Shown here: in pieces, positions 26,801 through 34,283 of the stretch
Numbering within the stretch: position 1 is the stretch's first letter
Layout of the letters: each line of letters opens with the position of its first letter
From: an uncultured Actinomycetes bacterium
Lineage (GTDB): Bacteria > Actinomycetota > Actinomycetes > S36-B12 > GCA-2699445
Direction: 5' to 3'
Length of the DNA stretch: 54,821 nucleotides
Assembly (NCBI GenBank): GCA_964500995.1
Contig: CAZCRC010000001.1
Coordinates: 1-54,821 of the forward strand
Position numbers and translations under genes: made by a program
The notes under the pieces: generated by a model
Told to the model about the DNA's origin: nothing
The model's database searches: none
Seen by the model: only the letters and a program-made list of their open reading frames with translations

Positions 26801-27209
26801 TGACGACTCCGAACACGAGCACTACTCGGATTCGGGTGGCAAGTCCGGCGGGCAGAAGGAGAAGTTGGCCTACACGATCCTGGCCGCCAGCCTGGCGTAT
26901 CAGTTCGGGTTGGCGTCGGGCGAGACGCACTCGCGGACCTTCCGATTCGTGGTCATCGACGAGGCGTTCGGCCGCGGCTCGGACGAATCCGCCCGGTTCG
27001 GGCTCGAACTGTTCAAGCGGCTTGACCTGCAACTGCTCGTGGTCACGCCACTGCAGAAGATCCACATCATCGAGCCGTATGTCGCGCACGTGGGGTTTGT
27101 ACACAACGAGGGTGGCCGCACTTCCAAGGTGCGCAACCTCTCGATCCAGGAGTATCGGGCGCAGAAGGATGCGATCGACGCGGTGCGCGCCGCTGGACCG
27201 CCTTCGTGA
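23838..27209 (+). CDS. jetC: Wadjet JetC (SMC-like ABC ATPase; MksF/EptC-like)
   Basis: GTGA overlap with the jetB stop. Walker A GDIGSGKST, long coiled-coil-like middle region, signature-like SGGKSGGQKEKLAY and Walker B FRFVVIDEAFGRGSD. Confidence 0.9.
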   Translation: MIDGLELDLFADRLIGFRLQRFEAYNWGTFDSHVWSLDLDGRNGLLTGDIGSGKSTLVDGLTTLLVAPQRVSYNKAAGAEHRERTLASYVLGHYKSERAEARTSAKPVALRTTAQYSVLLAVFHNQALGQSVTLAQVFWFRDHSGHPAKTFVVADRELTIAADFADFGTDVTRLRKRLRDSGACVHDSYSTYAAEFRRRFGIEHPQALELFHQTVSMKSVGNLTDFVREHMLEPSAVSERIAGLIAHFEDLTRSHDAVLTAKEQVAALTPLVTDLDDYAAQSASRDHQRQLRDLLRSHVVALKTSLVDQRCERLTEQIRTQNLRRNTVAADHAVAQANELDVQAAIRDSGGDRLVQLEQQLLAAETERDSRRATAADYERLCLQLDLEPARSPDELHAQLSGVADLLDAAETRRATISNDLSEIAVAERDTRQRLTEVEAELKSLAERDSNIDQHMIAVRLALSSALDIGVDDLPFAGELIRVTDEQWEPAAERLLHGFGLSLLVPNRHYPDVARWVDTTNLRGRLVYFRVRGRGPVRGAPDDRSLVHKLAVRPDTAFTQWLGAEITRRFDLVCARTPEEFQQATSAITRNGQIKAGGERHEKDDRHHIGDRRRYVLGWDNAAKRRALEGERESLRRRVNQVEERIRALRTESGSLVTRSQQLAVLQERRDYAALDWQSEAARAQQIHDELTALRAASDVLRELNEQLDAARAHRQHLAAEVADLDRRIGGLESRHEADRTLGEQLRDEATVVVDSDTGAELSQLLHRESGVKGLTVETCDAIERRVRDSLQTTIDKADKRSARTAERLVKAMGDFRNRWPLAAHEMDAAVESGDEYRALLTQLRADDLPRFEANFKRQLNVNAIREVVGFRAALETAQEEIRRRVGIINDSLHEIDYQPHTYVRLEPTPTIDADVRDFRAQLRACTEDAVTGSGDDHYSEAKFLQVKQIVSRFTGREGRSEEDKRWTAKVTDVRNWFTFAASERLRSDDSEHEHYSDSGGKSGGQKEKLAYTILAASLAYQFGLASGETHSRTFRFVVIDEAFGRGSDESARFGLELFKRLDLQLLVVTPLQKIHIIEPYVAHVGFVHNEGGRTSKVRNLSIQEYRAQKDAIDAVRAAGPPS

Positions 27210-28435
27210 CTGGGTGGACCACACCCGATGATCTCCGGGCTGCCGTGCAGCGGGAGTGGGATCGCGGGCGGCTGCCGCGGGCGCTACTGCACACCCACGT
27301 CGACGACCCCAGCGATTCACACCTGTCCGAGGCCTTGCCCAGCACGCCCCGCGCGACTCCGTTTCCGTTTCGGATCCCCCTGCGGCGACCTACGGCGCGT
27401 CAAACCGTCGAGCAGTTCGAGGCCGTGCGGGAGTGGGCCGCATCGCTGCAGCAGCTTCGCCGCGTGCGCGTAGAATCGGCGGCCACCCCCAACCGCACCC
27501 TGGGGCCGCAGGTAATGCCAGCGGCGGCGTGGTTGGATACGCCAACCGATGCCCTGGCCATGATCGGCCGCAGCCGAAGCGGCGAGGCGCTCACCCAACT
27601 GCGCGACGCAACCCCGGACCGCTTCGCTGCCTTCGTTCACGAACGGCCGTTGGTTGTGCTCGCGGCTGCCGCTGACTGGGACGCCGTCCTGGCAGTTGCC
27701 GAGTGGATCCTCGCTCACCCGGATTCCGGCTTGTATGTGCGTCAGGTGGATCTGCCCGGTGTGCACAGCAAGACCATCGAACGGCAGCGACGCCTTATCG
27801 CGGCCGTCGTTGCGTCCGTGCGCGACGGTGAGCCCGAGTCCACCACCGGAGCCGGCTGGTTCGAACGCCGCTACGGGTTTGCGACCAAACCCGCGATGAT
27901 CCGGTTTCGGCAACTCGACGAGTCGCGCGCCCTACTGGCCGGGCTCACCGATATCACCGTGCCGGTGTCTGAGTTCGCTGCCCTGACACCCGACCGGACC
28001 GCAGCCGTGCGCCGCGTCTTCGTGACCGAGAACGAGGTGAACTACTTGGCGTTCCCCCCCGCCACTGCGGCGATCGTCGTGTTCGGTGCTGGCAACGAGG
28101 CGCCGGAGATCTTGGGGGCAGTGGGTTGGCTCGGTGACAGGTCCGTCCACTACTGGGGCGACATCGACACCCACGGCTTCGCCATCCTGGACCGATTCCG
28201 TTCCCGGCTACCGCAGACAGTCAGTCTGCTCATGGATGCCGAAACGCTGCTGACACACCGGGATTCGTGGGGTCGGGAGGACACCCAAGTCCAACGCGAC
28301 CTGGCGAATCTGACCGACCCGGAGGCCCAGCTGTATGGAGATCTGCTCGCGGGAACGTTCGGGGAGCACGTCCGCCTTGAGCAGGAGTTCATCCGCTTTG
28401 GGCACGCGGAAGCGGCCATCGCCGCCACGCAGTGA
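27206..28435 (+). CDS. jetD: Wadjet JetD (DUF3322 + Toprim-containing DUF2220; MksG/EptD-like nuclease subunit)
   Basis: GTGA overlap with the jetC stop. Toprim residues are present: VFVTENEVNYLAF (Glu) and YWGDIDTHGFAILDRFR (DxD). Confidence 0.88.
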   Translation: MTGWTTPDDLRAAVQREWDRGRLPRALLHTHVDDPSDSHLSEALPSTPRATPFPFRIPLRRPTARQTVEQFEAVREWAASLQQLRRVRVESAATPNRTLGPQVMPAAAWLDTPTDALAMIGRSRSGEALTQLRDATPDRFAAFVHERPLVVLAAAADWDAVLAVAEWILAHPDSGLYVRQVDLPGVHSKTIERQRRLIAAVVASVRDGEPESTTGAGWFERRYGFATKPAMIRFRQLDESRALLAGLTDITVPVSEFAALTPDRTAAVRRVFVTENEVNYLAFPPATAAIVVFGAGNEAPEILGAVGWLGDRSVHYWGDIDTHGFAILDRFRSRLPQTVSLLMDAETLLTHRDSWGREDTQVQRDLANLTDPEAQLYGDLLAGTFGEHVRLEQEFIRFGHAEAAIAATQ

Positions 28436-28482
28436 CCGGTTCAATGGCGGCTCCTCAAATAGCCTGGCCCCGATGGAACAAT

Positions 28483-29148
28483 ATGAGTGACCCTGACGAT
28501 TCGGGCGGGGTGCTCGCGTCTCGTGGACCCCGCAGCAGTCGTGATGCTGCACCGCCACCCCGGCCCGAGCTGCCCGGTCACGGCTCGCAGTGGCTCACCG
28601 TGCTCCAACTGCCCGCCGACCAAGCCGCACCTCGCCTGTTGGGCGCCCGGCTGCGATCCCGCGACGGAGTCGAGATCCGCATCACGGAAGTCGAGGCATA
28701 CACCGTCGACGACGAGGCCTCGCACGCGTTCCGCGGTCCGACAGCCCGCAATGCTCCGATGTTCGCCGACCCCGGTCACATCTACGTGTACCTGAGCTAC
28801 GGCATCCACCACTGCGTCAACATCGTGGCGCACCCCGCGGGGTCAGCGGGCGGCGTTCTGTTGCGTGCCGCTGAGGTCGTCGACGGACACTCGTTGGCAC
28901 GCAGTCGACGCCCACCGGGGCCCGACCATCGGCTCGCCAGCGGCCCCGGCCGCCTGGGCCAGGTTCTGGGAGCGCGCCTGTCCGACTCAGGGTCGGACCT
29001 GTTCGGGACCGGCCTCCTCCAGTTCTGCGCACCCCCTGTTGACATGCCCGCGGCATCGATCGCACAGGGCAGCCGCATCGGCATCTCCCGAGCGACTCAC
29101 CGACCATGGCGCTGGTGGGTGGCCAACGATCCATCCGTCAGCCGTTGA
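28483..29148 (+). CDS. mpg: DNA-3-methyladenine glycosylase (Mpg/AAG family)
   Basis: AAPRLLGARL..., ITEVEAYTVDDEASHAFRGPTARNAPMFADPGHIYVYLSYGIHHCVNIV...GGVLLRAAE. The start is uncertain. The ORF opens at GTG 28432 (GTGA overlap with the jetD stop), but the first ~40 codons have weak G/C third positions. ATG 28483 and later GTGs are alternatives. Confidence 0.8.
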   Translation: MSDPDDSGGVLASRGPRSSRDAAPPPRPELPGHGSQWLTVLQLPADQAAPRLLGARLRSRDGVEIRITEVEAYTVDDEASHAFRGPTARNAPMFADPGHIYVYLSYGIHHCVNIVAHPAGSAGGVLLRAAEVVDGHSLARSRRPPGPDHRLASGPGRLGQVLGARLSDSGSDLFGTGLLQFCAPPVDMPAASIAQGSRIGISRATHRPWRWWVANDPSVSR

Positions 29149-29172
29149 TCACTGCCGCGTACGCGGCGCCAC

Positions 29173-30441
29173 TTACTTCCGGATCGGAGGCGCATCCTTG
29201 GGAGCCAGATACGCCCCGATCAATCGCCACAACTTGTCGCTGGGATTGCCCGGATAGTCGCCCGCGGCGTTGAACGCGTCCGCCCGGAAGGTGGCTGCCA
29301 CGGCGATCGACAGATCCTTCTTCGGCAGGTTCGCCATCGCCGCGCTATAGCCGCCGAGCAGGGGGTTCTGCATCAACCAGTCGCCGGAACGCACGATTCC
29401 GAGTCCGTAGTTGTATCCCCGCACCTGGGTGAAGCATGACGGTACGCAGTTCGGTTGCGGCTTACCGAAGCCCAACAGGTTCGGCCCGGTCATCTTGCGG
29501 TGACTGGATCGCGACAGCAGCTCACCGCTGCCGATCGCCGAGGCCGAGGTGGTGAGGTCGCGGATGTCGGTCGTTTGGGTGGCACCCACGGGAGTCCCCC
29601 ACGCGGAACTCCACGAGGTGGCCTCCTCGTAGAACGGCTGATCAGCCGGCAGTCCCAAGAAGCCGCGACGCTCCGAACTGAACGCGTGCAGCACCGGGCT
29701 GGGGATCACCGCCGTCTGCGACGCCACCGTGCTGCGCAACCCCATCGGCTGCAGCACCTGGCGGCTCAGGAGGGTGGCCAGCGGCTTGTCGCCGATCTTG
29801 GCGAGGATCTTGCCCAGCAGCATGAAATTCGTGTGGGAGTAACTCCAGTTCGTCCCGGGTGGGAACAGTTGCGGCCGCGAGAACGCGATGGCGAGCCGCT
29901 GCTTGAACGAGAACCGCTGGAACGGATTCTTGTAGAACTGGTTCACGAACGTCGGGTCTTGTTCATAGTCCGGGTAGCCGCTGGTCTGGTTCGCCAGCAT
30001 CTTCACCGTGACCTTGTTCGACAACGGAAGGTCGGGCATCCAGCGATCGACGGTGTCGTTGAGTCGCACCTTGCCCTGATCGACGAACCGCATGAGCAGC
30101 GTGCCGACGTAGGCGAAGGCGACGGCGCCGTTGCGGAACCGCATGTCCGTGGTGGCAGGGACCCCGGGCAACGAGTCGCCGAACGCCTGCGTCGTGATCA
30201 CCTTGTCCCCCTTGGTGACTCGGACGATGACGGCCTTCAGGTGGCTGGCAGCCATCTCGTCGCGGACGATCTCCGCGATGGCGTCGGCGCGGCTCCCCTT
30301 GGTCGCAGACGTCGGCTCGGCGGCGACGGCCGGAGCCGCCAGGCTTCCCGCCGCGAGCACGGCGCCCGCCGCAGCAGCCGCACCGACAAGCGCCGCGGCG
30401 CGAGGGAGGCGGCGGACGCGGTTGCTGCTGGGATGATTCAT
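29173..30441 (-). CDS. Secreted beta-lactamase/DD-peptidase-fold protein lacking the SxxK catalytic motif
   Basis: Signal peptide with RRLPRAAALVGAAAAAGAVLAAGSLAAPAVAAEP. At the position of the canonical F-R-I-G-S-V-T-K-T-F motif it reads MRFRNGAVAFAYVG. The second motif is retained as WSYSHTNFMLLG. Confidence 0.75.
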   Translation of the reverse strand: MNHPSSNRVRRLPRAAALVGAAAAAGAVLAAGSLAAPAVAAEPTSATKGSRADAIAEIVRDEMAASHLKAVIVRVTKGDKVITTQAFGDSLPGVPATTDMRFRNGAVAFAYVGTLLMRFVDQGKVRLNDTVDRWMPDLPLSNKVTVKMLANQTSGYPDYEQDPTFVNQFYKNPFQRFSFKQRLAIAFSRPQLFPPGTNWSYSHTNFMLLGKILAKIGDKPLATLLSRQVLQPMGLRSTVASQTAVIPSPVLHAFSSERRGFLGLPADQPFYEEATSWSSAWGTPVGATQTTDIRDLTTSASAIGSGELLSRSSHRKMTGPNLLGFGKPQPNCVPSCFTQVRGYNYGLGIVRSGDWLMQNPLLGGYSAAMANLPKKDLSIAVAATFRADAFNAAGDYPGNPSDKLWRLIGAYLAPKDAPPIRK

Positions 30442-30475
30442 GGGCGCCTTTCAGGTCTGTGATCAGTCGCAGAGG

Positions 30476-31387
30476 TCACCGAACGGTCAGTGTCACGCGT
30501 TGACTCATGAGCTTCTGTTGCCGTGGTCCACTCAGATCTAACACACAGACGTCACGACCGACACTTGTGCCCCGTACGGTGACCACCTGCCACCGCGATC
30601 CGCCCGGCCCGGGGTGAACCCGGACCCCCTCGACGCGGAAGTGATCACTGGTGCAGTGACTTCGCCGAACAGTCCATTGAGTCCCCTGCGCACGACCACG
30701 GACGGGTCCGACCACCACACGATTGGTGCGGTCGACTCCCACCTGAACGGATCGCTCTTGGGCCGAGTCACCGGCAGCCGCCGGTCCATACGAGCACTCG
30801 CCGTCCTTGGCCTTCGTCACCGTCATGCGGAACAGGTTCGTGTAGTTGAACATCCGGGGCTCCACCTGCAGGCATGCCTTGCCCACGGGTGTCTGCAACG
30901 GGGTACGCGGGTCGAGCCCGTTGAGGTCGAAGTGGTATCCCCGCACGTCCATGACGATCTTCCAGTACGACAACAGGAACAGCGAATAGTTGTCGCCCCA
31001 GGTGATCGCCTCCCAGGGCGCCCCGGGTGCTGACTGAGCCATCAACCGGAACTGCTGCCAGCGCACCAACGAGTCCTTCAACGGATTGAAGGTCGGGTTG
31101 CAGAACGAGAAGAACGTATTGCGGACCTCGCTTGACACCGAGACATAGCCGCCGCCAGCAGGGGCGGACAAGTCGTCGCGGTCGAAGTCCTGCGGATACC
31201 AGCACAGATTGTCCGTCCCACGCAGCGCGAGGCGAGGGTAGAGCGGCTGCGTCTTGGGCAACTGATTGTTCAGCTCGATCGTGATGTCCTGCCCCGCCCG
31301 GGCGGGCGTGACCAGGAGCATCCCCGACAGGATCACCGATATCGAGAGGATGACGGTCGCCAGCGAGCGACGCAGAGTGGAGTGCAT
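30476..31387 (-). CDS. Secreted hypothetical protein
   Basis: Signal peptide MHSTLRRSLATVILSISVILSGMLLVTPARAGQD. Several Cys residues. No family recognised. Confidence 0.6.
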   Translation of the reverse strand: MHSTLRRSLATVILSISVILSGMLLVTPARAGQDITIELNNQLPKTQPLYPRLALRGTDNLCWYPQDFDRDDLSAPAGGGYVSVSSEVRNTFFSFCNPTFNPLKDSLVRWQQFRLMAQSAPGAPWEAITWGDNYSLFLLSYWKIVMDVRGYHFDLNGLDPRTPLQTPVGKACLQVEPRMFNYTNLFRMTVTKAKDGECSYGPAAAGDSAQERSVQVGVDRTNRVVVGPVRGRAQGTQWTVRRSHCTSDHFRVEGVRVHPGPGGSRWQVVTVRGTSVGRDVCVLDLSGPRQQKLMSQRVTLTVR

Positions 31388-31468
31388 GCCCCCACGTTAT
31401 GTGGTGATTGCTGGTGATTACCCGTTCTCAGGTGGACAGGACTCTGGTGCGGGCTCCATGATCCGGAC

Positions 31469-31879
31469 GTGGGCAACAAGTGGGCCATCGCAGTCATCGC
31501 GATCACCGCGACAGTGGGGCTCGCCGGGTGTTCCGGCCAGCAACCAAGCGCCGCGGAGGTATCCGCGTCCGCGTCTCCTTCGGCGAGTGCCGCAGCGGTA
31601 CAGGTGAACTATGGCGCCGACCGGATCAAGGTGGACGTCGGACAACGCGTGAACTTCCAGACCCCAGGTGATGTGCTGTGGACCGCGACGAGCAGTCACG
31701 GAGCGGTGTTCAAGGTGGTCGAACCCACCGAGGACTTCTTCACTCCGGAGACCCCGGGCGGGGTCGCGCAGTCGCCCGGCATCGCCACCGTCACCATGAC
31801 GCAGCCCGACAAGGGCGGGAAGTGGACGGTGGAGGTCCGCGTGATCGGCCCCAACCCCTACCCGTCCCCCTCCACCTGA
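31469..31879 (+). CDS. Lipoprotein, unknown function
   Basis: GTG start. Signal sequence with lipobox: NKWAIAVIAITATVGLAGCSGQ. Confidence 0.65.
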   Translation: MGNKWAIAVIAITATVGLAGCSGQQPSAAEVSASASPSASAAAVQVNYGADRIKVDVGQRVNFQTPGDVLWTATSSHGAVFKVVEPTEDFFTPETPGGVAQSPGIATVTMTQPDKGGKWTVEVRVIGPNPYPSPST

Positions 31880-31915
31880 GGCGTTCTACGCTGGCGGAGT
31901 CAAAGGGAGGTCGCA

Positions 31916-33055
31916 GTGACCGACGATTGGGACCCCGCCAGCGAAGCTGTGCAACACAATCAGATCGCTGCCTACGACGCGGTGCGCAACCGATGTCCGG
32001 TGCCGCACAGCGAAGCGTGGGGATGGTCACTGCTCCGCCACCAGGATGTCGTCGCCGCCTTGACCGATCACGCCACGTTCAGCAATCGGGTGTCTCAGCA
32101 TGTGGCCATCCCCAATGGCATGGATCCGCCAGAACACGCTGCCTACCGAGCGGTAGTCGATCGTTGCTTCACGGCGCAACGGGTTGCAGCTTTCGAGCCG
32201 GAACTGCGACGCGTGACAGCGGACGTGATCGACCGGGCAGTAACGGATCGGGAGACGATTGAGGTCATGTCCGACGTGGCGCTGCCGTTCGCAGCGCGCG
32301 TCCAGTGCGCCTACCTGGGCTGGCCGGAGGCCGTGGCGGTACCACTGCTGCAGTGGTCCGAGCGCAGCGCGCAGGCCACCGCGGCCCGCGACCGCACGGA
32401 GTTGAACCGAGTCGCGGATGAGTTCGATGCGATCATCCGAGACGTCCTGGACCAGGCTCGGCGCAGCAACGACGAACGGTCCACGGTGACCAGAGACCTT
32501 CTGGCGGAACAGGTCGATGGACGCGACCTGACCGACGACGAGTTGGTCAGCATGTTGCGCAACTGGACAGCGGGCGAGCTCGGCACCATCGCGGCCGCGG
32601 TCGGCGTCATCTGCGAGTTCCTGGCCCGACGACCCGACGTGCGCGCGAACCTGCGCAGTCGCGTCGACCAACCCGCGCTGGACGAGATGCTGCGGCTTGA
32701 GGCCCCGTTGATCAGCAACCGCCGGCGCACGTCCCGACCCGTGGCGGTGAGCGGGGTGGACATCCCGGTGGATTCGCCGGTGACGATCGTGTGGCCCGCT
32801 GCGCAGCGCGACCCAGACGTGTTCGTCGATCCCGATCAGTACCGGCCCGACCGGCCGAGGCAAGCGAACCTGCTGTACGGGCGAGGCATCCACTATTGCC
32901 CCGGTGAGGGGTTGTCGAGGTTGGAGTTGGGTGTCTTCACCGAAGTGTTCCTGGCTCGCGTAACGGAGTTCAAGCTGTCGTCCCCCGCTCGTCGAGCGAC
33001 CCCGCCATCAGGGGGTTTCGAGTGGATTGAACTAACGGTCACGCAGAGGCGCTGA
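31916..33055 (+). CDS. Cytochrome P450
   Basis: GGGAGG lies before GTG 31916. MDPPEHAAYR, an ExxR-like LRLEAPL, and the heme-thiolate loop LLYGRGIHYCPGEGLSRLE. Confidence 0.85.
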   Translation: MTDDWDPASEAVQHNQIAAYDAVRNRCPVPHSEAWGWSLLRHQDVVAALTDHATFSNRVSQHVAIPNGMDPPEHAAYRAVVDRCFTAQRVAAFEPELRRVTADVIDRAVTDRETIEVMSDVALPFAARVQCAYLGWPEAVAVPLLQWSERSAQATAARDRTELNRVADEFDAIIRDVLDQARRSNDERSTVTRDLLAEQVDGRDLTDDELVSMLRNWTAGELGTIAAAVGVICEFLARRPDVRANLRSRVDQPALDEMLRLEAPLISNRRRTSRPVAVSGVDIPVDSPVTIVWPAAQRDPDVFVDPDQYRPDRPRQANLLYGRGIHYCPGEGLSRLELGVFTEVFLARVTEFKLSSPARRATPPSGGFEWIELTVTQRR

Positions 33056-34145
33056 CCCGAGCCTCACGAACCTGGATTGCCGGTAGCCGCTTGGGACGCC
33101 AACCCTCGGCGTTCGACGAGATGGCGTTCGGCGACGTGAGTTCGCGGGCCGTGGGTCGCAACAGCCAGAACCAGCCGCCCACCACGAGCAACAATGCCGC
33201 GGCGATTTCCAACAGCCCATCAAGGCTCTCGAGTTCATCGAGAAGCGTCGTACCAGCATCAAATCCAGCATGGACGACGATGGCGACAGCTACGGCCCCG
33301 AGGCCCGCGGCTGTTACCAGGCGGCCATGGAGCCACGCCTGCCGCCAGACCACCGCAGCCGCAAATGCCGTGACGATGGGGTGGATCACCTCAATGATCG
33401 GACGCGACGCAGCCATGGTCACAACGTGATCGGGCGGGGAACCCTCAGTCACGATCACGTCGTGATGTGCGTGTTGGACCGTGTGAGTCGTCGCCTCAGT
33501 GAAGTCCAGTGCGGTGTACTGCCAGGCCTCAATGACTCCGAAGACCGCGGCCCCGATCAGCACTACCCCGAACCCAGAGCGCGGGTCTCGACAGCGGCGC
33601 CAGACGACCCAAAGGATCAGAGGGACAACGAGCTTGCTCAACTCCTCCACCGGTCCCGCAGCCAAATTGCCGACGACGGAGTCGGCCCTCATCCCCCACC
33701 CGTCCAGCAGCCGATAGCAGGCCAGTGCTATTCCATAGGCGACCGCGCCGGCGATCACCCCAACAATCGCGAGCATGGGCAGGCGCATCGCCTCGCCGAG
33801 CCGCACGCGTTGATTCAGCACCGCGACTAGCCACAGCATCACGGCCACAGAGCCCACCGTCGCGGCTGTGCGAACCGGCAGAGTCAGATTCTGCTGGGCA
33901 ACGACCGCGATGGCGACCGCTGCGACGTAACCCACGACCGCTACAACGAACCACCACCCACCGATGAACCGGGTGATCGAACGCCGGTGGGGCACAGCGG
34001 GCTGGTCGGGGTCGGACGTGAAACCGGTCCAGGTGTGGCCGTCCCAGGTGCCCTTTCGGGATGCCGGGCCGTACGCATAGTCGCCCGGTTCGGGGCGGCC
34101 CGGCAGCGCGCTCACCGCAACCGATCCTGCATCGCGAATCGTCAT
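33039..34145 (-). CDS. PrsW-family intramembrane protease-like protein
   Basis: Multi-TM protein with the PrsW signature pair GPVEELSKLVVP (EExxK) and VHAGFDAG (HxxxD). The 3' end overlaps the P450 gene convergently by 17 bp. Confidence 0.7.
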   Translation of the reverse strand: MTIRDAGSVAVSALPGRPEPGDYAYGPASRKGTWDGHTWTGFTSDPDQPAVPHRRSITRFIGGWWFVVAVVGYVAAVAIAVVAQQNLTLPVRTAATVGSVAVMLWLVAVLNQRVRLGEAMRLPMLAIVGVIAGAVAYGIALACYRLLDGWGMRADSVVGNLAAGPVEELSKLVVPLILWVVWRRCRDPRSGFGVVLIGAAVFGVIEAWQYTALDFTEATTHTVQHAHHDVIVTEGSPPDHVVTMAASRPIIEVIHPIVTAFAAAVVWRQAWLHGRLVTAAGLGAVAVAIVVHAGFDAGTTLLDELESLDGLLEIAAALLLVVGGWFWLLRPTARELTSPNAISSNAEGWRPKRLPAIQVREARVSASA

Positions 34146-34229
34146 ACCGTCACGGTATTTGTGTCAACGCCCGAATGCGCCGGGGAGTGCGTATTCGGGA
34201 CTTTCGACTACCTTCATTGGGTGCAACCA

Positions 34230-34254
34230 GGGTGGCGCCAACATGGCGCTACCC
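34230..34254 (-). terminator. Hairpin just downstream of the MFS gene stop
   Basis: gggtggcgcca (34230-34240) and tggcgctaccc (34244-34254) form an 11-bp stem with one mismatch and a 3-nt loop. A second imperfect hairpin lies at 34170-34199. Confidence 0.35.
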
Positions 34255-34283
34255 CTTAAAGCACCGAGGGCCAGGACACCCAG

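Noticed and set aside
25227-27320. 697-aa minus-strand ORF antisense to jetC. Similar long antisense or out-of-frame ORFs include 597-1190, 2655-3400, 41592-42986, 42455-43846, 44050-45846 and 47256-48020.
   Set aside because: These are typical high-G+C shadow ORFs. Their translations are Arg/Gly/Pro/Ala-rich with no motifs. Each overlaps a frame with clear family signatures and better third-position G/C.
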